DNA from: Planctomycetota bacterium
Lineage (GTDB): Bacteria; Planctomycetota; UBA1135
DNA: 64,000 nucleotides
NCBI GenBank assembly: GCA_045047305.1
Contig: JASFYO010000021.1
Location: forward strand, 1 to 64,000
Direction of reading: 5' to 3'
A program made the translations under genes and the position numbers. This document shows positions 18,958-29,759 of this stretch, piece by piece. A model generated the notes under the pieces. The model saw nothing but the letters and a program-made list of their open reading frames with translations. It was not told the DNA's origin and ran no database searches. How positions within the stretch are numbered: the stretch's first letter is position 1; every line of letters begins with the position of its first letter.

Positions 18958-20361
18958 ATGCTTTCGGCTCTCCTCCTCCCCCTGATTTTGTCCCTTGTGC
19001 AGCAACCAGTGGAAGACGCTGGTCTGGCCGAGGTCTACGGTGAGCGTTGGACTACAGAAGCCCGGGTTTACAAGCAGGTGGGCTCCAGCGTGGTCAGTGT
19101 TGATGTCTACGAAAAGTTGATTTCCGGGTCACTGACTAGTCCTACGGACTTTTTGGGGCAGTTGGGGGCGCCGATCAGCCAAGGAGCTGGTGTGGTGGTA
19201 GATTCTCGGGGTTTCGTCATCACCAATGCTCACGTGGTACAGCCAGAGGGGCGCCTCACCGAAGATGATCTGCTTATCACTCTGAAATTCCTGGATGGGC
19301 CAAAGGACAAGGAAGTCATGGCACGGATTCACAGTATTGACGAAGAGTGGGATTTGGCCTTGCTGAAAATTTACGAGAAGGGCCCTTACACCGCGATCAC
19401 GATGGCTGACCCAGATCAGCTTTTGATTGGCGAACGGGTCATCGCGATTGGAACGGCTTATGGCAATGCTCACTCTTTAACTTCCGGCATCCTTTCCGGC
19501 GTCCAACGCGATGTCGCAATCCAATCGGGCTCGGATCGCAGCCGGCAACAGTTTCGAGGCATGTTGCAAACCGATGCAGCAATCAATCCAGGCAACTCAG
19601 GCGGTCCGCTTTTAAATGCTTTAGGGCAGTTGATTGGTATCAACAGCGCGACCTTAGATTATGCCGACGGTATCGGGTATGCCATTCCCGTGGGTCGCGT
19701 GGTCGATATATTAAAGAATCGGTTACTCCAGCCCAACGTTTGGTTGGGTATGAGCCTGGCGCCTCGGGGGCAGGATTTGTCGGTGAATGCCATCCACCCA
19801 CGCGGACCAGCAGCGCAAGCCGGATTGATGATTGGTGACCGTATTGTTGCGGTAAACAGTGTGACGGTGTTGAATCCCGCGGAATTCGGCAATGAACTAG
19901 TCTTAATGCAGCCTGGCGAGACAATTTCCATCGATTTCGAACGCGGAGACCGCAGACGGGTTGCCAATCTCCGCCTGCAATCTGGATTGCAGAGGGACTC
20001 TTTTGGAGTGCTTGGTTTTTTGTGCGATCCAAACCCCCATCTCATCATTATTAATGACTCCTATGGCTATCCCACGAAATATCCAGTATTGAAACTCACG
20101 GGTGTCTTTGAGAATACTGGCGCAGCCCGCCTTGGCCTAAAAGCCAAGGACAGCATCATTGCGATTCACCTATTGAATCAAAGTAAAGGGGATGGCTGGG
20201 TTCCGGTTTCGACGCAGAGTCAATTACTGAATCTCATCCATGGGCCCGACTTCGACTTTCATGGTCAAAATATTTGGTGGATGGATGATAGTGGTAAGTC
20301 GAAGAAAGGCCGCTTGAGTTTCGACGATCCCGACATCGTCGAACGTATGCGGAACGGCTAA
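18958..20361 (+). CDS. HtrA/DegQ-family serine protease with PDZ domain(s)
   Basis: ITNAHVV, DLALLK, QTDAAINPGNSGGPL, PDZ GPAAQAGLMIGD. Confidence 0.93.
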   Translation: MLSALLLPLILSLVQQPVEDAGLAEVYGERWTTEARVYKQVGSSVVSVDVYEKLISGSLTSPTDFLGQLGAPISQGAGVVVDSRGFVITNAHVVQPEGRLTEDDLLITLKFLDGPKDKEVMARIHSIDEEWDLALLKIYEKGPYTAITMADPDQLLIGERVIAIGTAYGNAHSLTSGILSGVQRDVAIQSGSDRSRQQFRGMLQTDAAINPGNSGGPLLNALGQLIGINSATLDYADGIGYAIPVGRVVDILKNRLLQPNVWLGMSLAPRGQDLSVNAIHPRGPAAQAGLMIGDRIVAVNSVTVLNPAEFGNELVLMQPGETISIDFERGDRRRVANLRLQSGLQRDSFGVLGFLCDPNPHLIIINDSYGYPTKYPVLKLTGVFENTGAARLGLKAKDSIIAIHLLNQSKGDGWVPVSTQSQLLNLIHGPDFDFHGQNIWWMDDSGKSKKGRLSFDDPDIVERMRNG

Positions 20362-21284
20362 AGCGAATTGAGAGTAAGCTTTAAGCCTTGCTCTAAATCA
20401 AAGTCTGGTGCAAAACCTAGGACTCGTTCGGCGCGTTGAATGTCAGCCAAAGAGTGGCGTACATCGCCGACCCGTTCAGCCTGAAACACGGGCATACTAC
20501 CTTGCACTTGCCCAACCTTACACATAGTGTCCCAAAGTTGCAGCAAGTCAATCCGTTGGCCGCAGGCGATATTAAGAATTTGCACGGGTTGGGGAAGGTT
20601 AGCTTCAGCGGCTGCAATATTGGCCTTCACTACATCATCAACATAAACGAAATCGCGGGTTTGTTTGCCATCGCCGAAGAATGTTGGGGCGGTTTCTTCA
20701 CGTAACCAGCGAGCGAACAAGGATATGACCCCGCTATACGGAGAACTTGGATCCTGCCGGGGACCAAAGACGTTGAAGTAACGTAAGGAGACCGATTCAA
20801 GTCCGAATTTTTCTGCCGCATCTGCCAAGGCATTTTCACCGAACAGTTTGTGTTCTGCGTAAGGCGATTTCGGCGCAGGTTGCATGTCTTCGGTTTTAGG
20901 CAGTTCTGGAGAATCACCATAAATAGCTGAACTACTTGAAAACACGATACGTTTCACGCCCTGCTTCTCGGCGGCTGCGATGAGGGCCTCGGTGGTGCCT
21001 AGATTGGCATGACGTGCGAGTTCCGGTTCCTCTATGCTCCAAGGGACGCTGGGCCGTGCAGCTAAATGGAAAATACAAGACACACCATCGGCTGCCGAAG
21101 TTGCTATTTCAACATCGGCGGCATCGCCTTGGACAAATTCGCAGTCGAGTCCGTTGAGGTTGTGCAAATAGCCGGTTGCCAAATTATCCAAGACTCGAAC
21201 TCGGTACCCAGCAGTAAGTAAACCTTGAACCACATGGGAACCAATAAATCCACTACCCCCAGCCACCAAAACTAGGTCATTCAA
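20358..21284 (-). CDS. NAD-dependent epimerase (UDP-Glc/GlcNAc 4-epimerase-like)
   Basis: GGSGFIG, SPYAEHK, LRYFNVFGPRQDPSSPYSGVI, GDGKQTRDF. Confidence 0.88.
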   Translation of the reverse strand: MNDLVLVAGGSGFIGSHVVQGLLTAGYRVRVLDNLATGYLHNLNGLDCEFVQGDAADVEIATSAADGVSCIFHLAARPSVPWSIEEPELARHANLGTTEALIAAAEKQGVKRIVFSSSSAIYGDSPELPKTEDMQPAPKSPYAEHKLFGENALADAAEKFGLESVSLRYFNVFGPRQDPSSPYSGVISLFARWLREETAPTFFGDGKQTRDFVYVDDVVKANIAAAEANLPQPVQILNIACGQRIDLLQLWDTMCKVGQVQGSMPVFQAERVGDVRHSLADIQRAERVLGFAPDFDLEQGLKLTLNSL

Positions 21285-22291
21285 GAAAGATTCTCCAGCG
21301 CTGAGCCCTCAGGCTTTGGCAATTGAAGCCATCGGTGGTAGATGGCGAGGCCCTTCTCCAAACTGGTTGAAGGTTTATAACCAAGTTGCGTTTTCGCCTT
21401 GGTGATGTCGGCACAGGTCAAAGTGACATCGCCAGCCTGTTCCGCTTGTTGGTCGATACGCGGTGCTTCCCCCACCGTGTTGCCGATGAATGCAATCATT
21501 TGACGCAAACTAACTGGGTTCGAATTACCTAAGTTAAAGATTTCGAATCCCTGCGTGCGCTGCATGCTTAATTCTATGCCGTCGACAATATCTTCCACAA
21601 AGGTGTAATCGCGCGCTGTGCTACCGTCGCCAAACATAGGGACCGTCTGTTTCTCGCGAACCAGGCGAAAGAACTTTGCAATCGCCATTTCAGGGCGTTG
21701 CCGGGGTCCATAGACGGTAAAGAACCGTAATAGACTCATGGGGATGCCGTAGAGCTCAAAGTAAGAATGGGCAAGTACTTCCCCAGCTTTTTTGCTCGCA
21801 GCATAGGGAGATACTGGTTTACTGGTCTCTGCGTCCTCGGCAAATGGAGCATCTAAGTTGTTGCCATAAACACTAGAAGACGACGCCATCACCAAACGCG
21901 TATGTTCGGTGTCCCTGATTCGGTCTAACAAGTTTAAAGTCCCTTCCACATTGACCTTAAAGTAAGAGGCTGGATCCACTATGGAAGGTCGCACACCAGC
22001 TTTGGCAGCAAGATGAACGACTACATCAAAGTCGTATTCGGAAAATACCTTCCTCAGTAAGGAAGCGTCAAGAATGTCACCTTCAAACAGTTGGAAGTTT
22101 GGGTTCTTAATCGCGCTATTGAGGTTGTTCCACTTAAGCGTTGGCGCATAGTAAGGATCAAAATTATCAATGCCTACCACCGCAACATTTTTTGCCAACA
22201 AGCGATCTAGCAGAGTGCTGCCAATGAAGCCTGCGGCTCCAGTAATCAAAACCCTTTGGAATGGGGCGCTTTCACTTTGAGAATGTTTCAT
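21281..22291 (-). CDS. NAD-dependent epimerase (UDP-glucuronate 4-epimerase-like)
   Basis: GAAGFIG, HLAAKAGVRPS, SPYAASKKAGE, RFFTVYGPRQRPEMA. Confidence 0.88.
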   Translation of the reverse strand: MKHSQSESAPFQRVLITGAAGFIGSTLLDRLLAKNVAVVGIDNFDPYYAPTLKWNNLNSAIKNPNFQLFEGDILDASLLRKVFSEYDFDVVVHLAAKAGVRPSIVDPASYFKVNVEGTLNLLDRIRDTEHTRLVMASSSSVYGNNLDAPFAEDAETSKPVSPYAASKKAGEVLAHSYFELYGIPMSLLRFFTVYGPRQRPEMAIAKFFRLVREKQTVPMFGDGSTARDYTFVEDIVDGIELSMQRTQGFEIFNLGNSNPVSLRQMIAFIGNTVGEAPRIDQQAEQAGDVTLTCADITKAKTQLGYKPSTSLEKGLAIYHRWLQLPKPEGSALENLS

Positions 22292-24138
22292 TCGACGGTT
22301 ACAGATTTCGCTAAGTTCCGAGGCTGGTCAATATCCTTCCCCAACGCCAAGGCAACTTCATAGGAAAGCAACTGCAAGGGAACAATGGTGACCAAAGGAG
22401 CGAGTAGTTCTGGAACTTCCGGGACAGGAAGTATGAAATCCGCAGAGTCGGCCACTTTGGTGTCGCCAATCGCTGCGACGGCAATGATTTTCCCTGAGCG
22501 CGCGCGCACCTCTTGCAGGGTTGACAGCATCTTTTCGTATGTAATCCCAGGAGTCGCGATAGCAATGATGGGGAAGTCTTCATCAATCAGTGCGATGGGG
22601 CCGTGTTTCATTTCGCCAGCGGGATAACCTTCCGCGTGAATGTATGAAATTTCTTTCAGTTTCAGCGCGCCCTCGAGCGCCACTGGGTGCTGCATGCTAC
22701 GTCCCAAGAACAAGCAGGAACGTATGCCCTTGAGGTAGTTGGCCGCCTCTTTTACTGCTTTTAAGGCTTCTGGTCGGAAGGAGGCATCGAGGTGATGGCG
22801 CAAAGCCCGTAAATCTTTTAGGTAACCGCGGCCGGCTTTGGCATCGAGTACGTTTCGTGCACGCCCGAAACGTATAGCTAGTAGATATAGGGCAGTGACT
22901 TGACCGAAAAATGCTTTGGTTGAGGCAACCCCAATTTCTGGTCCACAGTGAGTCAGGATGAGATCGTCTGCTTCGCGGGCTAGGGTACTCCCCTGCACAT
23001 TGCAGATCCCAAGTACGCGGCCGCCGCGCTTTTGTACTTCACGCATAGCGCGTAAGGTGTCGGCGGTTTCCCCGGATTGAGAAACGACAACCGTGAGCGC
23101 GTGCCCTTCTTCCAGCTCTGGACTATAAAGGAACTCACTCGCATTTAAGGTTTCTCCAGGAACTTTGGCCAGTTGGCCCAGCATTTTTTGCCCCAACTGA
23201 GCAGCATGCAGTGAAGTCCCCATGGCCATGAAACGCAGGCGTTCGAATTGGCAGAGCTCCTTATCGGTGAGCGTGAACTCGGCTTCGAACTCGACGTCAC
23301 CTTCGGTATCGTGAAACCGATCAAAAGCGGTACGGGCTAGGACATCGGGTTGCTCATAGATTTCCTTGAGCATAAAGTGGGGATAACCGCCACGTTCGGC
23401 TTGTTCGGGTGTCCAATCACAATGCATAATTTCGCGTTCAATTGGATTGCCATCGACGTTGAAAATTTGTTGCGCATCGGAGGTAAGAATAGCCGTTTCG
23501 CGGTTCTCTAGAATGAGGAATTCGCGGGTGAGGTGTAAAAGTGCAGGCATGTCACTTGCGGCATAACTACCACTATCACTCACGCCGACCACCAAAGGAG
23601 AATCCAGTCGCGCCACAATCAGGGTGCCTGGATCGTCAGCCGACATCACGACTAAGCCATAGGCTCCCTCCACCTTTGAGAGCGCTTTGCGCACGGATTG
23701 GTGTAAATCAAAATCTTGCGCGCGGTAAAAGGCAATCAGATTAGCGAGTACCTCGGTGTCAGTATCAGTATGAAACGCATGCCCCTTCTCTACGAGCATG
23801 GCACGCAGATCTAAGTAGTTTTCAATAATGCCATTATGCACCACCACGATTCTTTGATGGTCATCGGAGTGCGGATGGGCGTTGCGGTCGGCGGGGACAC
23901 CATGGGTTGCCCAGCGCGTGTGTGCGATTGCAATGTTGGACGCTGGCAGCTGATTGCGCCCGAGTTCTGCCTCAAGATTAGCAATCTTCCCCATCTTTCG
24001 GCGCACCTCCAATTCTCCCTTGGCAAAAACTGCCATACCGGCGGAGTCATAGCCTCGATATTCAAGTGTCTTTAGCCCTTTGAGGACCGCGGCACGAACA
24101 TCGCCCTGTTTGGCGACCGCTGCAACGATGCCACACAT
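22288..24138 (-). CDS. glmS: Glutamine--fructose-6-phosphate aminotransferase
   Basis: MCGI N-terminal Cys, LEYRGYDSAG, HTRWATHG, SQSGETADT, PRNLAKSVTVE. Confidence 0.98.
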   Translation of the reverse strand: MCGIVAAVAKQGDVRAAVLKGLKTLEYRGYDSAGMAVFAKGELEVRRKMGKIANLEAELGRNQLPASNIAIAHTRWATHGVPADRNAHPHSDDHQRIVVVHNGIIENYLDLRAMLVEKGHAFHTDTDTEVLANLIAFYRAQDFDLHQSVRKALSKVEGAYGLVVMSADDPGTLIVARLDSPLVVGVSDSGSYAASDMPALLHLTREFLILENRETAILTSDAQQIFNVDGNPIEREIMHCDWTPEQAERGGYPHFMLKEIYEQPDVLARTAFDRFHDTEGDVEFEAEFTLTDKELCQFERLRFMAMGTSLHAAQLGQKMLGQLAKVPGETLNASEFLYSPELEEGHALTVVVSQSGETADTLRAMREVQKRGGRVLGICNVQGSTLAREADDLILTHCGPEIGVASTKAFFGQVTALYLLAIRFGRARNVLDAKAGRGYLKDLRALRHHLDASFRPEALKAVKEAANYLKGIRSCLFLGRSMQHPVALEGALKLKEISYIHAEGYPAGEMKHGPIALIDEDFPIIAIATPGITYEKMLSTLQEVRARSGKIIAVAAIGDTKVADSADFILPVPEVPELLAPLVTIVPLQLLSYEVALALGKDIDQPRNLAKSVTVE

Positions 24139-25089
24139 CTAGTTTTTTGCCTCCTCAGCAACGCAATCCTTGAAGTACTGCAAGGATTTCTCAAGCCCTT
24201 CTTTCAGCCAGATAGTGGGCTCCCAATCCAACAGAGCTTTGGCCTTGCTGATGTCGGGTCGACGAACTTTAGGGTCATTCTCCGGCAAAGGTCCAAACTT
24301 AATCGGAAACTCGGAGCCGACGACTTCATTCACCGCTTGGGCCAAATCTAGAATGCTTAGTTCCACTGGATTTCCGATGTTGGTCGGAAGATGTTCCTCG
24401 CTTTCCATCAAACGTTGAATACCTTCAAGCAAGTCATCCACGTAGCAAAAGCTGCGAGTTTGCGATCCATCACCAAAAATAGACAAAGGCTCTCCACGCA
24501 GGGCGCTCCCCATAAGGGATGGAACCACTCGGCCATCATTTAGGCGCATGCGGGGGCCATAAGTATTGAAAATCCGCACGATGCGTGTTTTAACATTATG
24601 GGCACGATAGTAGGCCATGGTGATGGCTTCGCTAAAGCGTTTGGCTTCGTCGTAACAAGAACGCGGCCCAATTGGATTGACGTTGCCCCAATACTCCTCT
24701 ACTTGTGGGTGCACCAAGGGGTCGCCGTAACATTCAGATGTGGATGCCATTAAGAAACGTGCGCCCGTATTTTTGGCAAGTTCCAGGCAGTTTTTTGTCC
24801 CCACGCTTCCAACTGCTAAAGTCTCGAGCGGAATCTGCAAATAATCAATAGGCGATGCAGGGGATGCCATATTGAACAAACGGTCCAGAGGCCCATCCCA
24901 AGGAATCTCTTTGGTGATGTCATGTTCGACAAACTGAAAGGCGTCGTTGGCTGCGAGGTGCGCCAAATTGTTCGGGTTGCCAGTGAGGAAGTTGTCCATG
25001 GCAACCACTTCAAAACCGCGGGCAAGAAGCTTGTCGCAGAGATGAGAGCCAAGGAAGCCAGCGCCTCCAGTTACGAGTGCTTTAGGCAT
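24139..25089 (-). CDS. UDP-glucuronate decarboxylase (UDP-xylose synthase family)
   Basis: [54 protein letters not shown]. Confidence 0.9.
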   Translation of the reverse strand: MPKALVTGGAGFLGSHLCDKLLARGFEVVAMDNFLTGNPNNLAHLAANDAFQFVEHDITKEIPWDGPLDRLFNMASPASPIDYLQIPLETLAVGSVGTKNCLELAKNTGARFLMASTSECYGDPLVHPQVEEYWGNVNPIGPRSCYDEAKRFSEAITMAYYRAHNVKTRIVRIFNTYGPRMRLNDGRVVPSLMGSALRGEPLSIFGDGSQTRSFCYVDDLLEGIQRLMESEEHLPTNIGNPVELSILDLAQAVNEVVGSEFPIKFGPLPENDPKVRRPDISKAKALLDWEPTIWLKEGLEKSLQYFKDCVAEEAKN

Positions 25090-25091
25090 GT

Positions 25092-26441
25092 CTAAGAGTC
25101 CAAAAACTTTTCAAGGAATCCAGTGTCGGTCTTGCCTGCAATGAAGTCAGGCTGTTCCAGGATTCGAAGGTGCAGAGGGATGGTGTTTGCGAGCCCAGGG
25201 CCATTGACCCGGGTTTCGCTTAAGGCGCGTTTGGCGATACGCAGAGCTTCTGCGCGGTCGCGTCCATGGACAATGAGTTTTGCCACCATGGAGTCGTAGT
25301 GCCGTGGGATGGTGTAACCAGCGGCAATGTGGGAGTCGACACGAACGCCGCGCCCACCAGGTAAAAAGAGTTCTTCAATGCGACCAGGCGAAGGGGCAAA
25401 GTTGCGCTCCGGGTTCTCAGCGTTAATGCGGAATTCAATCGCATGGCCACTCACCTTGACATCTTTTTGAGTGAAATCGAGGTTCTCCCCTGCAGCAATG
25501 CGAATCTGCCATTGCACCAAGTCAATCCCAGTAACGGCTTCGGTGACGCAATGCTCAACCTGAATTCGGGCATTCAATTCAATGAAGTAGAAATCGCCGT
25601 GCTCATCTAACAAAAACTCCACCGTGCCAGCATTCACATAACCAGCAGCTTTGGCGAAAGCAATGGCGGCTTCCCCCATGCGTTTGGAAATTTCTGGAGT
25701 GGTGACGGGGCAGGGAGACTCTTCAATCAGTTTTTGGTGCCGACGTTGAATCGAACAATCCCTTTCACCAAGAGCGACGACTCCCCCATCGGCACCAGCA
25801 AGGATTTGTACCTCAACGTGCCGCGGATTCACTACGAACTTTTCGATGTAAACCTTGTCATCGTTGAAGGCCCCCATGGCCTCTTGTTGTGCTTGATGGA
25901 AACAGGCATGGAAGACGTCGGCAGTGGCGGCCATGCGCATGCCACGCCCACCACCACCTGCTGCGGCTTTGATCATCACCGGGTAGCCAATCTCATCCGC
26001 GACCCTTGCGCCTTCGTCGGCGTCGGCAACGGCTCCATCGGAACCAGGCACGACCGGAACACCAGCATTTTTTGCCGTAGTCTTGGCCTTGGATTTATCC
26101 CCACAGGAATCAATCACTTGCGGTGACGGTCCAATGAATATCAAGTCGCAAGCACCGCAGACTTCCGCGAAATGCGCGTTTTCGGCGAGGAAACCATATC
26201 CTGGGTGAATGGCTTCCACATTGGTGATTTCCGCCGCAGCAATGATGGCGGGAATATTGAGGTAGGACTGCGCACTGGAAGCAGGTCCAATGCAAACGGT
26301 TTCGTCGGCAAATTGTAGGTATGGCGCACCACGATCGGCTTCGCTGTATACCGCTACGACTTCAATACCGAGATCGTGCGCTGCGCGAATGACACGCAAT
26401 GCAATTTCCCCGCGGTTAGCCACCATGATTCGCTGAAACAT
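25092..26441 (-). CDS. accC: Acetyl-CoA carboxylase biotin carboxylase
   Basis: [42 protein letters not shown]. Confidence 0.97.
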   Translation of the reverse strand: MFQRIMVANRGEIALRVIRAAHDLGIEVVAVYSEADRGAPYLQFADETVCIGPASSAQSYLNIPAIIAAAEITNVEAIHPGYGFLAENAHFAEVCGACDLIFIGPSPQVIDSCGDKSKAKTTAKNAGVPVVPGSDGAVADADEGARVADEIGYPVMIKAAAGGGGRGMRMAATADVFHACFHQAQQEAMGAFNDDKVYIEKFVVNPRHVEVQILAGADGGVVALGERDCSIQRRHQKLIEESPCPVTTPEISKRMGEAAIAFAKAAGYVNAGTVEFLLDEHGDFYFIELNARIQVEHCVTEAVTGIDLVQWQIRIAAGENLDFTQKDVKVSGHAIEFRINAENPERNFAPSPGRIEELFLPGGRGVRVDSHIAAGYTIPRHYDSMVAKLIVHGRDRAEALRIAKRALSETRVNGPGLANTIPLHLRILEQPDFIAGKTDTGFLEKFLDS

Positions 26442-26450
26442 GGTGTAGCC

Positions 26451-26900
26451 TTAAACGGTTTGAATGCGGAATAGCGGCTGATCGTATTCGACTGCTTCGC
26501 CATCTTTCACCAGGATTTCAAGGATGGTTCCAGAGAACTCAGCTTTAATCTCGTTGAAGACTTTCATGGCTTCCAAGATGCACAGAACGGATTCGGCCCC
26601 TACAGAATCGCCGACTTTTACATAGCCCGGAGAATCTGGATCAGGCTTGCTGTAGTAAGTGCCCACCATTGGCGAGCGGAACATTTCTCCTTGCGGTTCT
26701 TCTACCACCACAGGCGCGGTTGGCGCCGGCGCTGCAGCTGGCATTGCAGCAGCAGGTGCAGCAGCATAGACCACGGGCGCCGGGCCACCTTCTGGCTGGC
26801 GCGAGAGACGAATTTCTGTTTCACCCTGAACAACGTGGAGCTCAGTAAGCTCCCCTTTTTGCATCAGTGCGAGCAGGTCTTGGACAATCTTAAGATCCAC
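26451..26900 (-). CDS. accB: Biotin carboxyl carrier protein
   Basis: Ala/Pro linker, SPMVGTYY, EAMKVFNEI biotinylation motif. Confidence 0.97.
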   Translation of the reverse strand: MDLKIVQDLLALMQKGELTELHVVQGETEIRLSRQPEGGPAPVVYAAAPAAAMPAAAPAPTAPVVVEEPQGEMFRSPMVGTYYSKPDPDSPGYVKVGDSVGAESVLCILEAMKVFNEIKAEFSGTILEILVKDGEAVEYDQPLFRIQTV

Positions 26901-26950
26901 TGCGTTTTCCTATCGGGGATGGACTGGGGGATTCACCAGTCCTGGGGTCT

Positions 26951-27439
26951 CTATTGTGCCTTCCACGTGCCCGATTTACCCCCAGTTTTCTTAAGCAAAC
27001 GGACTTTTTCAATCTGAATCCCCTTATCTAGGGATTTGGTCATGTCGTAAAGGGTAAGAGCTGCCATTGCAGCGCCCATCATGGCCTCCATTTCGACTCC
27101 AGTCCGGCCTTCTAGCGACGCGGTACAGCGCACGCGGAGGCCAGGTTCTCCGGATTCGAGTGGTTCAATGATGATTTGAACCCAATCCAACGACAATCCA
27201 TGGCACATCGGAATCAACTCAGCCGTCCGCTTAGCGGCAAAAATCCCCGCAACACGAGCGGGCTCAACAATACCCCCCTTGGGTACCTCTCCCGCCAAAA
27301 CCTTGTGAAAGGCTTCTACTGGGTAGCGGACAATGGCCTCTGCCTCGGCAGTGCGCAGGGAGATAGGCTTTGCGCCCACATTCACCATGCGGGAGCCCCC
27401 ATCTTCCTGGAGATGGGAAAGCGGCGGAGTATCACTCAT
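26951..27439 (-). CDS. moaC: Cyclic pyranopterin monophosphate synthase
   Basis: LSHL...MVNV, AAKRTAELIPMCH, TGVEMEAM, LYDMTK, KTGGKSG; start moved to ATG 27439. Confidence 0.95.
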   Translation of the reverse strand: MSDTPPLSHLQEDGGSRMVNVGAKPISLRTAEAEAIVRYPVEAFHKVLAGEVPKGGIVEPARVAGIFAAKRTAELIPMCHGLSLDWVQIIIEPLESGEPGLRVRCTASLEGRTGVEMEAMMGAAMAALTLYDMTKSLDKGIQIEKVRLLKKTGGKSGTWKAQ

Positions 27440-27512
27440 TAAAATCGGGATTGTGCGTAGTGTGGCGTTGGAAGCCACCTATACGCTAACCTAGTAGTGA
27501 CTGCTCTACCGC

Positions 27513-29759
27513 ATGAAAATACTCGCCCTTTTGCTACTCGCGGTCCCTCAGGGACCATCCCCTTCTCTCGATGCCCTGCTTGACCAAGCTCAGGATTTAA
27601 ATCCTGCAGCCATTTTGCAGTTGGCGGATGTCTCCGCCTCCGAGTTGAGCCACTCAGACTTAGCGGCCTTAGCGGAGTCTATGGAAAAGGCCGAAGGCAA
27701 CCAGTTGCTCATGCTGGGCCGCCTTCAGGCCTGGGCGGATGAGCCTGCCGCCATGGAGCGATTGGTGGAACTTCTTGATTATGATCAAGAAGCCATGAGT
27801 GCTGCCGTTTTGCAAACCTTACGCTTGCCGGCCTTTCATGGAATCGAGGAAGTGCAGTCCGCATTAGCGATTTGGTTATCCAACCAAGTTGCGGAAGACT
27901 CACCCTCCATTTGGACGGATGCGGAGTACACCTTATTCCGCACCGGAGGTGGGGCTCAACGCCGCGCAGCCTTGCGTACCCTGCGCAGCGTACTTTGGAG
28001 TGAGAACCAAACTCTCAGGGACAAGGCCGTTCTGGCCTTGGGCCGAACTGGGAGTAATCTAGGATCTGAAGAATTAGAAGTGCTAGAGGTGCTTGCAGAA
28101 GGAATCGGTGACGACGCCGTTCTGGCGCAAACTTTGCTGGATCAAGTGGAGCAACAATTGCGCTTTCGCAGCAAGATTCAAGCCTTACAGAAGTTGAATG
28201 CGTCGGAAAAAACCAATACCACGAAAGCCGTAGTCAAAAACGATCAACTTGCGGTGCTGGAGGAAGTGTTGTTGCGTATCCGTAATCAGCACATGGAAGG
28301 TGAAAAATACACCGACGAGGAGTTGATCGATGCAGCCGCTGGAGGCATGTTGCGTTTGTTGGACCCGCACTCGACCTTTTTTAGCGGAGAGGAATACGGT
28401 GAGTTTATGTTTGAAATGACTCAGGAGTACGGCGGCATTGGTGCATACGTGAATACGATTGATGGTGTGTTCACCATTCAGCGTCCGATTTACAGCGGCC
28501 CGGCTTATGCGGCTGGCCTTCTAACCGGTGACAGCATCTTGACGGTCGATGGCTGGTCCACTGCCGACCAACCAAACGATGACATCATCAAACGTCTCAA
28601 GGGGACTCCTGGCACTGAGGTCAAAGTTGAGGTGTACCGGGTTGGCTGGACGGAGCCGCATGAGTTCGTCATCACCCGAGGCACGATTCACCTGCCTACT
28701 CTGCAGTCGGAAATGTTGCCCGGCAGGATTCTTTATCTAGAGTTGCTCGACTTTTCTGTGGATGTCGCACGCATGATTGTGGACGAGATCACCAAGGCTC
28801 AAGACAGTGGTGTTTTGAATGGCGTGGTCTTGGATTTGCGCAATAACGGTGGTGGTTATCTCCGCGAAGCCGTCGCCATATGCGATGTATTCCTCCCCGC
28901 CGATAAGGTTGTGGTGACCACGCGCTCACGCACCGGTCCCGATGATGTTTACCGCACGCGCGCGCCCGCTTTGGTGCCGGAAAACATCCCGTTGTCGATT
29001 CTGATCAATGAATATTCCGCCTCCGCTTCGGAAATCGTTTCGGGTGCGCTGTCGATTCATGGACGGGCTGTCACCGTTGGGGAGCGCACCTATGGCAAGG
29101 GGTCAGTGCAGAATGTGTTCCCGCTTTCAACACAGCAGGACGAGCGCTTCAAAGAATCAAGTCAATCCCGCAACGGTATTCATGATGAGTGGGAAGAGTA
29201 TGAAGATGCTAACGGGAATGGGAAATATGATTATGGAAGCAGGGTTAAGTTAACCATTGCTTACTACTACTTACCCGATGGCTCGACCATCCATACGCAA
29301 AGAGATCACGATGGTCGAATCGTGAAAGTAGGTGGAGTAGAACCTGATCGCACCATCGATTTTCCAGTGATTTCTTTTGTTGTGGCACGTGAACTAAATC
29401 GGATTCTCGAAAACAACCAATTCAAGCCCTACGTGGATAAGTTATTCCATGACAACCAAGATCTCGCCGTCAAGTTGGCAATCAACGACAATCACGACAC
29501 TGCGCTCTACCCCGGATGGGATGAGTTTTATAAGAGTCTTGAAACGGAATTAGACCAACAGGAAGTACGGCGTTGGGTCCGGCGTCAACTGCGGGGAGTG
29601 GTTTCCGATGCTCGTGGTAAGGTTTTCCCGGGAAATGGTTTTGCCGGTGACTACGTGGAAGATCCACAATTACGTGAAGCCATCCGTGCCGTCTTGGAAC
29701 ACACAACTTTGGTTTACGACGCAATCCCTGAATACGCTGATTTGATTGCCAAGGGCTAA
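27513..29759 (+). CDS. S41 C-terminal processing protease (CtpA/Prc-like) with N-terminal helical extension
   Basis: LDPHS, YGGIG (PDZ), LDLRNNGGG, SASASEIVSG, GERTYGKGSVQ. Confidence 0.92.
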   Translation: MKILALLLLAVPQGPSPSLDALLDQAQDLNPAAILQLADVSASELSHSDLAALAESMEKAEGNQLLMLGRLQAWADEPAAMERLVELLDYDQEAMSAAVLQTLRLPAFHGIEEVQSALAIWLSNQVAEDSPSIWTDAEYTLFRTGGGAQRRAALRTLRSVLWSENQTLRDKAVLALGRTGSNLGSEELEVLEVLAEGIGDDAVLAQTLLDQVEQQLRFRSKIQALQKLNASEKTNTTKAVVKNDQLAVLEEVLLRIRNQHMEGEKYTDEELIDAAAGGMLRLLDPHSTFFSGEEYGEFMFEMTQEYGGIGAYVNTIDGVFTIQRPIYSGPAYAAGLLTGDSILTVDGWSTADQPNDDIIKRLKGTPGTEVKVEVYRVGWTEPHEFVITRGTIHLPTLQSEMLPGRILYLELLDFSVDVARMIVDEITKAQDSGVLNGVVLDLRNNGGGYLREAVAICDVFLPADKVVVTTRSRTGPDDVYRTRAPALVPENIPLSILINEYSASASEIVSGALSIHGRAVTVGERTYGKGSVQNVFPLSTQQDERFKESSQSRNGIHDEWEEYEDANGNGKYDYGSRVKLTIAYYYLPDGSTIHTQRDHDGRIVKVGGVEPDRTIDFPVISFVVARELNRILENNQFKPYVDKLFHDNQDLAVKLAINDNHDTALYPGWDEFYKSLETELDQQEVRRWVRRQLRGVVSDARGKVFPGNGFAGDYVEDPQLREAIRAVLEHTTLVYDAIPEYADLIAKG

